Source: an uncultured archaeon (GTDB lineage Archaea; Thermoplasmatota; Poseidoniia; MGIII; CG-Epi1). From it: 64,000 nt of DNA. The stretch is taken from positions 86,852 to 150,851 of the forward strand of contig CAYMDK010000001.1 of NCBI GenBank assembly GCA_964389465.1, given 5' to 3'. A program made the translations under genes and the position numbers. The notes under the pieces were generated by a model. The model saw only the letters and a list, made by a program, of their open reading frames with translations, searched no databases and was not told the DNA's origin. The first letter of the stretch is position 1. Each line of letters begins with the position of its first letter. Shown here one piece after another: positions 9,906 to 18,778 of this stretch.

Positions 9906-9970
9906 TGGTGCGCGGGGCAGTATTCGAAACTGCGAACCCCTGAGGGAGGAGGTCTTGAGCCTCCCGCGAT
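9906..9970 (-). other. tRNA-like element / truncated tRNA (T-arm + acceptor 3' strand + encoded CCA, no D-arm)
   Basis: Reverse complement ...GGAGG-CTCAAGA-CCTCC-TCCCTCAGGGGTTC-GCAGT-TTCGAAT-ACTGC-CCCGCGC-A-CCA. It has a canonical T-loop and acceptor/CCA, but the 5' half lacks a D-arm and is only about 63 nt. Confidence 0.25.
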
Positions 9971-10042
9971 TGGCCAGACTATGCGACCCGCGCCCTGCGG
10001 CCGAAGGTCGGGGGTATTTTAGCCGCGCGTCGCTGCCGGGGC

Positions 10043-10651
10043 ATGGGCGTGCCGGAGTGGTGGGGCCGCGCCTGCGACGAACTGCGCGCGGGCGACCCGG
10101 TGCTGGCGGCGATTATCGACCGCTTCCCGGGCGAGCAGCTCGAGCCGCGCGCGGAGCCGTTCTTCACGCTCACGCGCGCGATTGCGGGACAGCAGATTTC
10201 GGTCCGGGCGGCGCAGACCGTCTGGGGCCGGCTCGAGGCGATTTGCGACGGGGCGGTCACCATCGAGGCGGTGCTCGCACGCAGCGTGGAGCAGCTGCGA
10301 CTGGCGGGGCTATCGCAGCGCAAGGCGGAGTACATCCACGGGCTGGCGCGGGACCGGGAGGTGTGGGACATTGACTGGGTCCCACTCGACGACGAGGCGG
10401 CGATTGCGAGGCTCTGCCGGCTGCGCGGGGTGGGGCGCTGGACGGCGGAGATGTTCCTGATTTTCCACCTGCTGCGGCCCGACGTGCTGCCGCTGGACGA
10501 CCTCGGACTGGTGGCAGGGATACGGCGCGCTTACGGCGACGGCCTCGAAATAGAGCAGTTGCGCGAAATCGGTGAGGTGTGGCGGCCATGGCGGTCGGTC
10601 GCGGCGTGGTACCTCTGGCGCTCGCTTGACCCTGAGCCGGTCGAGTACTAG
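10043..10651 (+). CDS. alkA: DNA-3-methyladenine glycosylase II / HhH-GPD base-excision repair glycosylase (AlkA-like)
   Basis: HhH-GPD family motifs (LRLAGLSQRKAEYIHGLAR ... LRGVGRWTAEMFLIF ... PLDDLGL). TATA-like tatttta about 25 nt upstream. Confidence 0.75.
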   Translation: MGVPEWWGRACDELRAGDPVLAAIIDRFPGEQLEPRAEPFFTLTRAIAGQQISVRAAQTVWGRLEAICDGAVTIEAVLARSVEQLRLAGLSQRKAEYIHGLARDREVWDIDWVPLDDEAAIARLCRLRGVGRWTAEMFLIFHLLRPDVLPLDDLGLVAGIRRAYGDGLEIEQLREIGEVWRPWRSVAAWYLWRSLDPEPVEY

Positions 10652-11517
10652 GGCGTAGCGCCGTCGCGCGGCTGTGCCTTCGCGACGGCGCCGATGGTGT
10701 GACGCACCAGTCGTGCCGCAAGCGCAGCGGTGTTGCCGTTGTCGGCGGGCGGGCAGGTCTCGACGCAGTCGAAGCCGACCAGCCTGTCGCTCAGGAAGTT
10801 GAGCACCTGCAACACCTCGTAGGGCGTCATGCCGAACGGCTCCGGCGTCCCGACACCGGGGGCGAAGGCGGGGTCAATCGCGTCCATGTCAAGGCTCAGG
10901 TAGAGCGGCCCGCCGAGCGCCTCGACCACGTCCGAGAGGTGCTCGCGCAGCTCGGTCCAGCCCGTCTCGACGTAGCTGAGGCCATCCGCACGCGCCGCGT
11001 GCAGCTCCTCGCGCGAGAGCGAGCGCACGCCGATGACGCGCACCTTGTCGGGACCGATCACCTCGGAAACGCGTCGCGTGGTTGCGGCGTGCGACCACTT
11101 GGCGCCCTGATAGCCGTCGCGGTAATCGAGGTGCGCGTCGAGAATGACAATGCCCAGCTCCGGGTAGTGGTGCTTCAGCGCGGCGACCGCCGGCGGGGTG
11201 AGCGAATGCTCGCCGCCGAGGCCGACCGGAAACTTGCCGGCGGCGCCGATGCGGCCAACGATTTCCTCGATAGCGCTGTTATTGGCCGCCTGGTCCATGG
11301 CCACCTCAACATCGCCCCAGTCATGCGCTGGAACGTCGCGCAGGTCGAGACCGAGCTCGTTGAGCCACGACTCGAAGTTGTGGCTGTGGAACCTGATCGC
11401 CTCAGGACCGTCGGCGGCACCCTTGCGAAAGCAGGCGGTGCCGTCGAAAGGGTAGCCCCAGATTACGAAACGCGCGTCGTCGAAAGCCGCTTCAGCGTCG
11501 GCAAAAAACTCAGGCAC
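10648..11517 (-). CDS. speB: Agmatinase / ureohydrolase family (SpeB)
   Basis: Arginase-fold motifs (VIWGYPFDGT, GGEHSLT, DAHLD, SLDMDAIDP). The N-terminus MPEFFADAEAAFDDARFVIWGYPFDGT from GTG 11517 matches agmatinase starts and overlaps the aIF-5A stop by 8 nt. The longer track start at 11604 has a low-complexity, implausible N-terminus. Confidence 0.8.
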   Translation of the reverse strand: MPEFFADAEAAFDDARFVIWGYPFDGTACFRKGAADGPEAIRFHSHNFESWLNELGLDLRDVPAHDWGDVEVAMDQAANNSAIEEIVGRIGAAGKFPVGLGGEHSLTPPAVAALKHHYPELGIVILDAHLDYRDGYQGAKWSHAATTRRVSEVIGPDKVRVIGVRSLSREELHAARADGLSYVETGWTELREHLSDVVEALGGPLYLSLDMDAIDPAFAPGVGTPEPFGMTPYEVLQVLNFLSDRLVGFDCVETCPPADNGNTAALAARLVRHTIGAVAKAQPRDGATP

Positions 11518-11905
11518 GCGTGACCAGCCGCCGCCCCATCGCCTGCAGGAAGCGGATTTCGCTGCCGGGCTCGAGGCTGCCCCGGAATTCCTCGGGGATA
11601 TCACTCATCGGGATAGTGAAGGTTTCCCAGGTTTCCAGATCCATGAACTGCACCTCGGCACCCATGTGCGCCAGCACCTGCCCCTTGCGGTTGTCCACCT
11701 GCGGCACGTGCAGCTTGTGCTTCACGGGGTGAACCAGCGACCGCTTGGTGCCGTCGAAAATTCCGACTGCGACGATGCGTGCCTTGGCTTCACCGTGCTT
11801 GCCGGGCTTGGAGGTGGTGTACTCGACAATCCGGCACGGGGCGTCATCGACGAGGATGTAGCGGCCTACCTTGAGCGACCGGATTTCCTGAATAGTGGTG
11901 GTCAT
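11510..11905 (-). CDS. eif5a: Translation initiation factor 5A (aIF-5A)
   Basis: Hypusine-loop motif TSKPGKHGEAKAR and the C-terminal OB fold. 131 aa. Confidence 0.9.
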   Translation of the reverse strand: MTTTIQEIRSLKVGRYILVDDAPCRIVEYTTSKPGKHGEAKARIVAVGIFDGTKRSLVHPVKHKLHVPQVDNRKGQVLAHMGAEVQFMDLETWETFTIPMSDIPEEFRGSLEPGSEIRFLQAMGRRLVTRA

Positions 11906-11929
11906 GGTTGCGTTTCGCTGGCGAGGGAG

Positions 11930-12484
11930 CTAGTCCTCGCGCAGCAGTCCGGCAGTGCGGAGCTCGTGCTTTATGTTGCGGACGGCGTTCTTGATGTCGT
12001 TGACTTCACGGGCGCCGACACAGACCATCTTGCCGCTGCCGAAGAGCAACAGCACGACCTTCGGGTCATCCATGCGGTAGACCAGTCCCGGGAACGCCTC
12101 GGGCTCGTATTCGACGTTCTCGAAGCCGAGCGACATCGCAATCTGGATCAGGTTGAGCGTCGACTCCAGATTAGTGGTGGCGACGATATTCTGGATAACG
12201 ATATCCGGCTCGTCCTTGACCGGCATCTTCAGGACGCGCAGCTCGTCAACCACCTTGTTGATGGCGACGTGCACGTCCGGAATCGAGCGCGCGCCGGTGC
12301 AAACCACCTTTCCGCTACGGAAGATGAGCACCGCCGTCTTCGGCTCGGCGAGCTTGTAGATCAGGCCCGGGAACCGGTCCTGATCATATTCGGCACCTTC
12401 GAGCTGGAAGGCGATGTCCTGCAACATCAGTTCCTTGCCAATCGAGGCGCTGGCCACGACGTTGACTACTGTTATTTCTGCCAT
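11930..12484 (-). CDS. tbp: TATA-box-binding protein (TBP)
   Basis: Two direct repeats of the TBP fold (...FPGLIYKL..AVLIFRSGKVVCTGA... / ...FPGLVYRM..VVLLLFGSGKMVCVGA...). TATA box tttatata about 35 nt upstream. Confidence 0.9.
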   Translation of the reverse strand: MAEITVVNVVASASIGKELMLQDIAFQLEGAEYDQDRFPGLIYKLAEPKTAVLIFRSGKVVCTGARSIPDVHVAINKVVDELRVLKMPVKDEPDIVIQNIVATTNLESTLNLIQIAMSLGFENVEYEPEAFPGLVYRMDDPKVVLLLFGSGKMVCVGAREVNDIKNAVRNIKHELRTAGLLRED

Positions 12485-12603
12485 GGTAAAACCCCTGAGG
12501 ACCGCCTATTTAAGTCATCTATATAAAGCTTAAATACATTTCAGCACGCGCCCAGAATCGGTTCCGCGACCTTTTTAGCGCACCCTGCGTGGCGCCGCCG
12601 GCG

Positions 12604-12681
12604 GGGCCCGTAGGGTAGCTTGGTCAATCCTTCGGCGTTCGGGACGCCGGTACTCCAGTTCAAATCTGGGCGGGCCCACCA
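12604..12681 (+). tRNA. tRNA-Pro (anticodon CGG), CCA encoded
   Basis: Hand-folded cloverleaf: acceptor GGGCCCG/CGGGCCC, anticodon stem CGGCG/CGCCG with loop TTCGGGA, T-arm CCAGT-TCAAATC-TGGG, 3' ACCA. Confidence 0.85.
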
Positions 12682-12700
12682 TTTCGCTGCGGCGAGCCGC

Positions 12701-13447
12701 TCAGAGCGGTTCGCCCGCTTCGAAAAGTGTCTCGAAAATCTGCCCCGAGAGCCGCGCCAGCTCCTCGTGGTGCAGCCAGAGCCCGAGCAGGTGCGTCGTC
12801 GATTCCGGCTTCTCGAGCCCGCCAATAAGCAGCTCGGCCTGGTCGATAATGAACATCCCCGCAGCGGGGGTCGCGGCGCGGCGGATTTCGTACTTGCCGG
12901 GGAGCCGCGCCAGGTCAAGCGGCGCCTCGCCCAGCGGGAAAAGCAGCCGCACACGGACACCAGCACGCGAGCCGCTCGCGAGCGCGCGGCAGAGCGAGTC
13001 GGGGATGGCGGAGGGCAGGAAGGCGGCGATGCCGTCGATGCTCTCGGTCGCGCGCAAGCACATCTCCTCGACCTGCTGGAAGACGCCCATGTCGCGCACC
13101 GTCACCGACTCGGTGTAGCTGCGCTCCTGCGTCTCGTAGAGCGGAATCAGCGTCTCCTCGGCGGCGGCGCACGCCGCTTCGACTTCGCGCAGCCGCAGCT
13201 CGGCCAGCCGACGCGGGTTCTCGGGGGCGTAGGTGCGGGGGTGCTCCAAGACCTGATGCGCTGCGCCACGTGCGGCGAGGTTGTCCAGGATGCCGTAAAT
13301 CCGGGCGCGCGAGAAGGCGCAGCCACGGCTGATGTCCCCGACACTGGCTTCGCCAGCCCGGAGCAACAGCCGGTACACCTCCGCCTCGCCCTCGGAAAGC
13401 CCCAGCGTGTGGAGCACGGCATCCGGACGGTGTGGTGTGGTGTCCAC
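12701..13447 (-). CDS. TrmB-family transcriptional regulator (wHTH + effector domain)
   Basis: N-terminal winged HTH (LSEGEAEVYRLLLRAGEASVGDISRGCAFSRARIYGILDNLAARG) and a C-terminal TrmB-like domain. Divergent from the beta-oxidation operon. Confidence 0.7.
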   Translation of the reverse strand: MDTTPHRPDAVLHTLGLSEGEAEVYRLLLRAGEASVGDISRGCAFSRARIYGILDNLAARGAAHQVLEHPRTYAPENPRRLAELRLREVEAACAAAEETLIPLYETQERSYTESVTVRDMGVFQQVEEMCLRATESIDGIAAFLPSAIPDSLCRALASGSRAGVRVRLLFPLGEAPLDLARLPGKYEIRRAATPAAGMFIIDQAELLIGGLEKPESTTHLLGLWLHHEELARLSGQIFETLFEAGEPL

Positions 13448-13468
13448 GCTCCCGGGAAAGGGTTCTAC

Positions 13469-13503
13469 TATATAAATGTTTTACTTTATTAAACTATTAT
13501 ATA
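13469..13503. promoter_or_regulatory. Divergent promoter between trmB and the beta-oxidation operon: two inverted TATA boxes (tatataaa / attatata) 19 bp apart
   Basis: Each TATA lies 19-29 nt from the respective start codon (GTG 13447 on -, ATG 13523 on +), implying leaderless transcripts. The palindromic arrangement is a candidate TrmB operator. Confidence 0.45.
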
Positions 13504-13522
13504 CAGGGAATACTGGGGGTGA

Positions 13523-14659
13523 ATGAGCGAAGCGGTGATTGCCGGCTACGTCCGTTCCCCCTTCACCCCGGCGCGCAAGGGCGCGCTGGCGAAAGTGCGA
13601 CCCGACGAACTGATGGCGCAGGCGGTGCACGGGCTGCTCGAGCGGAGCGGCGTCGACCCGGGCGGGCTGGAGGACCTGATAATCGGCTGCGCGTTCCCGG
13701 AAGGCGAGCAGGGGCTCAACGTAGCGCGCATCGTCGGCTTCCTCGCCGACTTGCCGCCGTCAGTAGCGGGGACGACGGTGAACCGCTTTTGCGGGTCGTC
13801 GATGCAGGCTATCCACATGGCGGCCGGCGCAATCGCGACCGGCGCGGGCGAGGCGTTCGTCTGCGGCGGGGTCGAGTCGATGTCGCGGGTGCCGATGATG
13901 GGGTTCAACCCGCTGCCGCACCCCGGGCTCTGCGAGCGCGCGCCCGAAGTCTACATCAACATGGGGCTGACCGCCGAGAACCTGGCGCGCAAGTACGATA
14001 TTTCGCGCGAAGCGCAGGAGGCGTTCGCGCTCGAGTCGCAGCAGCGCGCGGTGCGCGCTGCGGGCGACGGCAGTTTTTCCGACGAAATCGTGCCCATCGA
14101 GAACGGGGGCGACCCGGTCGCCGCCGACGGCTGCCCGCGACCCGATTCCAGCCTGAAGGCGCTGGCGGGGCTGAAACCCGCCTTCGACGCCGAAGGCAGC
14201 GTCACGGCGGGCACTTCGTCGCCGCTGACCGACGGCGCAGCGGCGGTGCTGGTGACTTCGGCCGACTACGCCAGACGCCACAAACTGACTGTCATGGCAC
14301 GCATCTGCGCCACCGCCGTCTCGGGCTGCGCGCCCGAAATCATGGGCATCGGCCCCGTCGAGGCGACCCGCAAGGCACTCGACCGTGCCGGGCTGGAGCT
14401 GGGGCAGATGGACCTGGTCGAACTCAACGAGGCGTTCGCGGCGCAGTCGCTTGCGGTGCTGGACGAACTGGGGCTGTCGCACGACCGCGTCAATCTGGAC
14501 GGCGGCGCGATTGCGCTGGGCCACCCACTGGGGGCGAGCGGCGCGCGCATCACCGGCAAGGCGGCCGCGCTGCTCCAGCGCGAAGGCGGAAAGTACGCGC
14601 TGGCGACGATGTGCATCGGCGGCGGGCAGGGCATCGCGACGGTGCTAGAGGCAGCGTGA
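13523..14659 (+). CDS. Acetyl-CoA C-acyltransferase / 3-ketoacyl-CoA thiolase
   Basis: Thiolase signatures (NRFCGSSMQAI ... NEAFAAQSLAVL ... GGAIALGHPLGASGARI ... CIGGGQG). The track ORF 13432..16974 is a readthrough artifact. The real ATG is at 13523. Confidence 0.9.
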   Translation: MSEAVIAGYVRSPFTPARKGALAKVRPDELMAQAVHGLLERSGVDPGGLEDLIIGCAFPEGEQGLNVARIVGFLADLPPSVAGTTVNRFCGSSMQAIHMAAGAIATGAGEAFVCGGVESMSRVPMMGFNPLPHPGLCERAPEVYINMGLTAENLARKYDISREAQEAFALESQQRAVRAAGDGSFSDEIVPIENGGDPVAADGCPRPDSSLKALAGLKPAFDAEGSVTAGTSSPLTDGAAAVLVTSADYARRHKLTVMARICATAVSGCAPEIMGIGPVEATRKALDRAGLELGQMDLVELNEAFAAQSLAVLDELGLSHDRVNLDGGAIALGHPLGASGARITGKAAALLQREGGKYALATMCIGGGQGIATVLEAA

Positions 14660-16974
14660 TGGAGCGCGCGGCGGTCATCGGCTCGGGCGTCATGGGCGCC
14701 GGCATCGCGGCACATCTGGCGAACGCCGGGGTCAGCGTGGAATTGCTCGACATTGTCCCGAAAGGCGCCAAGGACCGCAATGTGCTGGCGCGCGGCGCGA
14801 TTGCGCGGCTGCCCCGGACGAAACCGGCGCCGCTGATGCATGCGGATTTTGCCGAGCGCATCCGGCCCGGCAACCTGGAAGACCATCTCGAACGGGTCGC
14901 GGAAGCGGACTGGATTGTCGAAGTAGTTCTCGAAGATTTGGATATAAAGCAGAATGTGTTCAAGCAGCTCGAAAAAGTCCGCAAGGACGGCAGTATCATT
15001 AGTTCCAACACTTCAACCATTCCGCGCGCGCAACTCGTTGCCGGGATGGGGAATCGCTTCGAGCGCGATTTTCTGGTAACTCACTTCTTCAACCCGCCGC
15101 GCTACCTGCGACTGCTCGAAATCGTGCCGTCACCGACTATGGAGCCGGAGCGGCTTGCCGCCTTCCGGGACTTCACCGACCGGCGGCTCGGCAAGGGGGT
15201 CGTGGTTTGCAACGACACGCCGGGATTCATCGGTAACCGCATCGGCGTCTACTGGATGCAGTGCGCCATCAACGCCGCGGTCGAGATGGGGCTGAGCGTA
15301 GAGGAGGCGGACGCCGTAATGGGTCGCCCGATAGGCGTGCCGAAGACCGCGGTGTTCGGACTGCTCGACCTGGTGGGGCTGGATCTGGTGCCGCACATCG
15401 CCGAAAGCATGCTGGCGACGCTGCCCGCCGAGGACGATTACCGGCGCGTCGTCGCCGAAGCCGAAGCTAACGGCATCGCCGCCACCCTTGAGGAGATGAT
15501 TGCGGCCGGCTATACCGGCCGCAAGGGGAAGGGAGGCTTCTACCGGCTCAACCGCGACGGCGGGAAGAAAGTGAAGGAGGCGCGCAGCCTGAAGACGGGC
15601 GAATACGCGCCCGCCAGCCGCCGTGTTGCGCTCGAGTCGCCCAAGGCGGCGAAGCGGGGGCTGCGGGCGCTGGTTGAATATCCCGACCGCGGCGGCGAAT
15701 ACGCGTGGAAAGTGCTGTCGCAGACGCTCGCCTACACGGCGTCGCTGCTGCCCGAAATTGCCGCCGCGCCGGCCGACGTTGATGCGGCGATGCGGCTCGG
15801 CTACGGCTGGAAGCGCGGGCCGTTCGAAATGCTCGACGCGCTCGGCGTGGATTGGTTCTGTGAGCGGCTCGCCGCGGATGGCCTTGCGGTGCCGCCACTG
15901 CTGGCGCACGGCAAGCCGCTCTACGACGGCGATACGCAACTACTGGCCGACGGCAGCTACATCGCCGTCCCGCGTGACGACGACGTTCTGCGCGTGGCCG
16001 ACCTGCGCCGGGCGGGCGAGCCGCTGGCGCGCAACGCTTCGGCTTCGCTATGGGACGCGGGCGACGGAATCGTACTGCTCGAATTCCATAGTAAGATGAA
16101 CGCGATTGACCCGCTCGGGCTGGAGATGGTCGCCGAGGCGGTCGAAGTCGTGGAGGAGGGCGACTTCGTGGGTCTGGTGGTCGGCAACGATGGTGAACAT
16201 TTCTCGGCCGGCGCCAATATCGGGCTGGCGCTCTTCGTCGCCAACGTCGGCGCGTGGGACGAAATCGGAAAGATGATTAGCGGCGGGCAACTCGCGTTCA
16301 TGACGCTAAAGCACTCCAGCTTCCCGGTCGTCGGCGCGCCGAGCGGGCTCGCCATCGGTGGCGGCTGCGAGGTGCTGCTGGCGTGCGACGCGATTCAGGC
16401 GCACTCCGAGACCTACACCGGGCTGGTCGAGGTCGGCGTAGGGCTGGTCCCTGCGTGGGGCGGTTGCAAGGAGATGCTGCGTCGCTGGGCCGCGGCGGGA
16501 CCGCACGGGCCAATGGCGCCGGTAACGAAGATATTCGAGAACGTCGGCACCGCCAAGGTCGCAACGAGCGCGTTTGAAGCGCGCGACATGCAAATCCTGC
16601 GCGGCGGCGACGAAATCACGATGAACCGCGACCGCGTGCTGGCTGACGCCAAGGCGCGCTGCCTGAAAATGGTCGACGGCTACGAGCCACCCGAAATGGC
16701 AGCGCATCGCCTGCCGGGGGCGTCAGGCCGCGCGGGGCTCGAGATGGCGGTCGCCGACCTGCTCCGGGCGGGCAAGGCGACGCCGCACGACGAGGTCGTC
16801 ACGGGGCAGCTCGCCATCGTGCTGAGCGGCGGCGACACCGACCCCACCGAGGAGCTGGACGATTCAGATATCCTTGATTTGGAGCGCGAAGCGTTCATGA
16901 CGCTGGTGCGCCTGCCGCCAACGCTGGCGCGGATTGAGCACATGCTCACGACGGGGAAACCGCTGAGGAACTGA
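14659..16974 (+). CDS. Bifunctional 3-hydroxyacyl-CoA dehydrogenase (N-terminal, NAD-binding) / enoyl-CoA hydratase (C-terminal crotonase fold)
   Basis: GSGVMGAGIA Rossmann motif and 3HCDH core, then a crotonase-fold C-terminal half (GAPSGLAIGGGCEVLLACD). ATG at 14659 overlaps the thiolase stop (ATGA). Confidence 0.85.
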   Translation: MERAAVIGSGVMGAGIAAHLANAGVSVELLDIVPKGAKDRNVLARGAIARLPRTKPAPLMHADFAERIRPGNLEDHLERVAEADWIVEVVLEDLDIKQNVFKQLEKVRKDGSIISSNTSTIPRAQLVAGMGNRFERDFLVTHFFNPPRYLRLLEIVPSPTMEPERLAAFRDFTDRRLGKGVVVCNDTPGFIGNRIGVYWMQCAINAAVEMGLSVEEADAVMGRPIGVPKTAVFGLLDLVGLDLVPHIAESMLATLPAEDDYRRVVAEAEANGIAATLEEMIAAGYTGRKGKGGFYRLNRDGGKKVKEARSLKTGEYAPASRRVALESPKAAKRGLRALVEYPDRGGEYAWKVLSQTLAYTASLLPEIAAAPADVDAAMRLGYGWKRGPFEMLDALGVDWFCERLAADGLAVPPLLAHGKPLYDGDTQLLADGSYIAVPRDDDVLRVADLRRAGEPLARNASASLWDAGDGIVLLEFHSKMNAIDPLGLEMVAEAVEVVEEGDFVGLVVGNDGEHFSAGANIGLALFVANVGAWDEIGKMISGGQLAFMTLKHSSFPVVGAPSGLAIGGGCEVLLACDAIQAHSETYTGLVEVGVGLVPAWGGCKEMLRRWAAAGPHGPMAPVTKIFENVGTAKVATSAFEARDMQILRGGDEITMNRDRVLADAKARCLKMVDGYEPPEMAAHRLPGASGRAGLEMAVADLLRAGKATPHDEVVTGQLAIVLSGGDTDPTEELDDSDILDLEREAFMTLVRLPPTLARIEHMLTTGKPLRN

Positions 16975-16975
16975 A

Positions 16976-18778
16976 ATGAAATACCGCGTTCCAAAACGGG
17001 ATTTCGAGTTCGTGATGCGGGAGGTGATTCAGGTCGAGCAGCTGACTGAATACGAGGGGTACAAAGAGGCGACCTGGGAAATGGTGCAGATGATTATGGA
17101 CCAGGTGGCTGAAATCGCCGAGGATATCTGGGTCCCGAGCAACAAAATTGGCGACGAGGTCGGCGCCAAGTTCAAGGATGGCGAGGTGACCCTGCCACCC
17201 GAGTTCCACGAGGCAATCAACGCGATTCGCGATACTGGGCTGGTGACGCTCTTCGCGCACCCAGAATACGGCGGAATGGGGTTCCCGACCGCCTTCGAGG
17301 TGCTGGGCGACGAAGTGATGTGCGCAACCAACATGGCGCTGGCGACGATGACCGGGCTTACCAAGGGCGCCTACCGCTGCATCCATGAATATGGCGACGA
17401 AGAAATGAAGTCGCTATACCTGCCGAAGATGGTCAGCGGTGAGTGGTTCGGGACTATGTGCCTTACGGAAGCGCATTGCGGGACCGACCTGGGACTGCTG
17501 CGGACAAAGGCGAACCCCGACGGAGAGGGGAGCTACCGGCTCGACGGCGAGAAAATATTCATCACCGGCGGCGAGCACGACCTGACGCAGAACATCCTGC
17601 ACCTGGTGCTGGCGCGGCTGCCCGGTGCGCCGAAGGGCGTCAAGGGCATTTCGCTCTTCCTGGTGCCCAAATTCATCCCCAACGCCGACGGAACGCTGGG
17701 CGAGCGCAACTCCATCCGGGCGCTCTCGATTGAGGAAAAGATGGGGTGCAAAGGTTCTCCGACGTGCGTTATCGCGCTCGAAGATGCGCGGGGCTGGTTG
17801 ATTGGCGAGGAAAACCGCGGGCTGCGGGCAATGTTCGCGATGATGAACCACGAGCGGCTGGCGGTCGGCATGGAAGGGCTGGGAGTGGCTGAAATCGCCT
17901 ACCAGAACGGGCTGGCGTACGCGCTGGACCGGCTTCAGGGGCGCGACCTAGGAGGGGCCCGGTATCCGGAACAGGAAGCGGACCCGCTGATTGTGCATCC
18001 CGACATCCGGCGGATGCTGCTACGCGCCAAGTCGCTCATCGAGGGAATGCGCTGCCTGGCGGTCTGGACCGGGATGTCAATTGACCGCTCGCTGAAAGAC
18101 CCCGACGAAGCAGTACGCGAGGAGAACGGCGAGCTGGTCGAGCTGTTGACGCCGATTGTCAAGGCACTCTGCACCGACCTGGGGTGCGAAATCGCCAACG
18201 ACATGCTGCAAATTTACGGCGGCCACGGCTACATCCGTGAGCATGGTATGGAGCAGCTGGTGCGCGACCTGCGGATTGCCCCCATCTGGGAAGGCGCCAA
18301 CGGCATCCAGGCGCTCGACCTGGCGGGGCGCAAACTGCCGCGCGATATGGGGCGGCTGCTGCGCCGCTTCTTCCATCCTGCGCTGGAGTTCGTCGAGCAG
18401 CATCGTGACGACCCCGGGCTGAAGGAGTTCGTCGAGCCGTTTGCGAAAGGGCTGCGTGGACTTCAGAAGACCAGCATGTTCCTGGCCCAAAAGGGAATGG
18501 GAAACCCGCGCGAAATCGGCGCCGGCGCGACCGACTACCTGCGGCAGTTCGGGCTGGTGGCGCTGGGCTACATGTGGCTGAAGATGCTGAAGGTCGCCTT
18601 CGGGAAACACGAAAGCGACGAGTTCTACGAATACAAGCTCACGACGGGACGCTACTTCTTCGAGCGTGTCTTTCCGGAAACAATCTCGCGTGCGGTCGCC
18701 ATCGCATCCGGTGCTAAGACCATGATGGCGATGCCGGACGCCGGCTTTGCGGGCGACCACCGTTTCTCGGGCAACTAG
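16976..18778 (+). CDS. Acyl-CoA dehydrogenase (long form, ~600 aa)
   Basis: ACAD N-terminal, middle and C-terminal domain motifs (CLTEAHCGTDL ... IYGGHGY ... RIAPIWEGANGIQALD). Starts 2 nt after the upstream stop. Confidence 0.85.
   Translation: MKYRVPKRDFEFVMREVIQVEQLTEYEGYKEATWEMVQMIMDQVAEIAEDIWVPSNKIGDEVGAKFKDGEVTLPPEFHEAINAIRDTGLVTLFAHPEYGGMGFPTAFEVLGDEVMCATNMALATMTGLTKGAYRCIHEYGDEEMKSLYLPKMVSGEWFGTMCLTEAHCGTDLGLLRTKANPDGEGSYRLDGEKIFITGGEHDLTQNILHLVLARLPGAPKGVKGISLFLVPKFIPNADGTLGERNSIRALSIEEKMGCKGSPTCVIALEDARGWLIGEENRGLRAMFAMMNHERLAVGMEGLGVAEIAYQNGLAYALDRLQGRDLGGARYPEQEADPLIVHPDIRRMLLRAKSLIEGMRCLAVWTGMSIDRSLKDPDEAVREENGELVELLTPIVKALCTDLGCEIANDMLQIYGGHGYIREHGMEQLVRDLRIAPIWEGANGIQALDLAGRKLPRDMGRLLRRFFHPALEFVEQHRDDPGLKEFVEPFAKGLRGLQKTSMFLAQKGMGNPREIGAGATDYLRQFGLVALGYMWLKMLKVAFGKHESDEFYEYKLTTGRYFFERVFPETISRAVAIASGAKTMMAMPDAGFAGDHRFSGN

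Noticed and set aside
13432-16974. 1180-aa track ORF spanning thiolase and the 3HCDH/hydratase gene
   Set aside because: Open-frame readthrough typical of high-GC DNA. The thiolase has its own ATG at 13523 and a stop at 14659 in another frame. The second gene starts at the ATG overlapping that stop.
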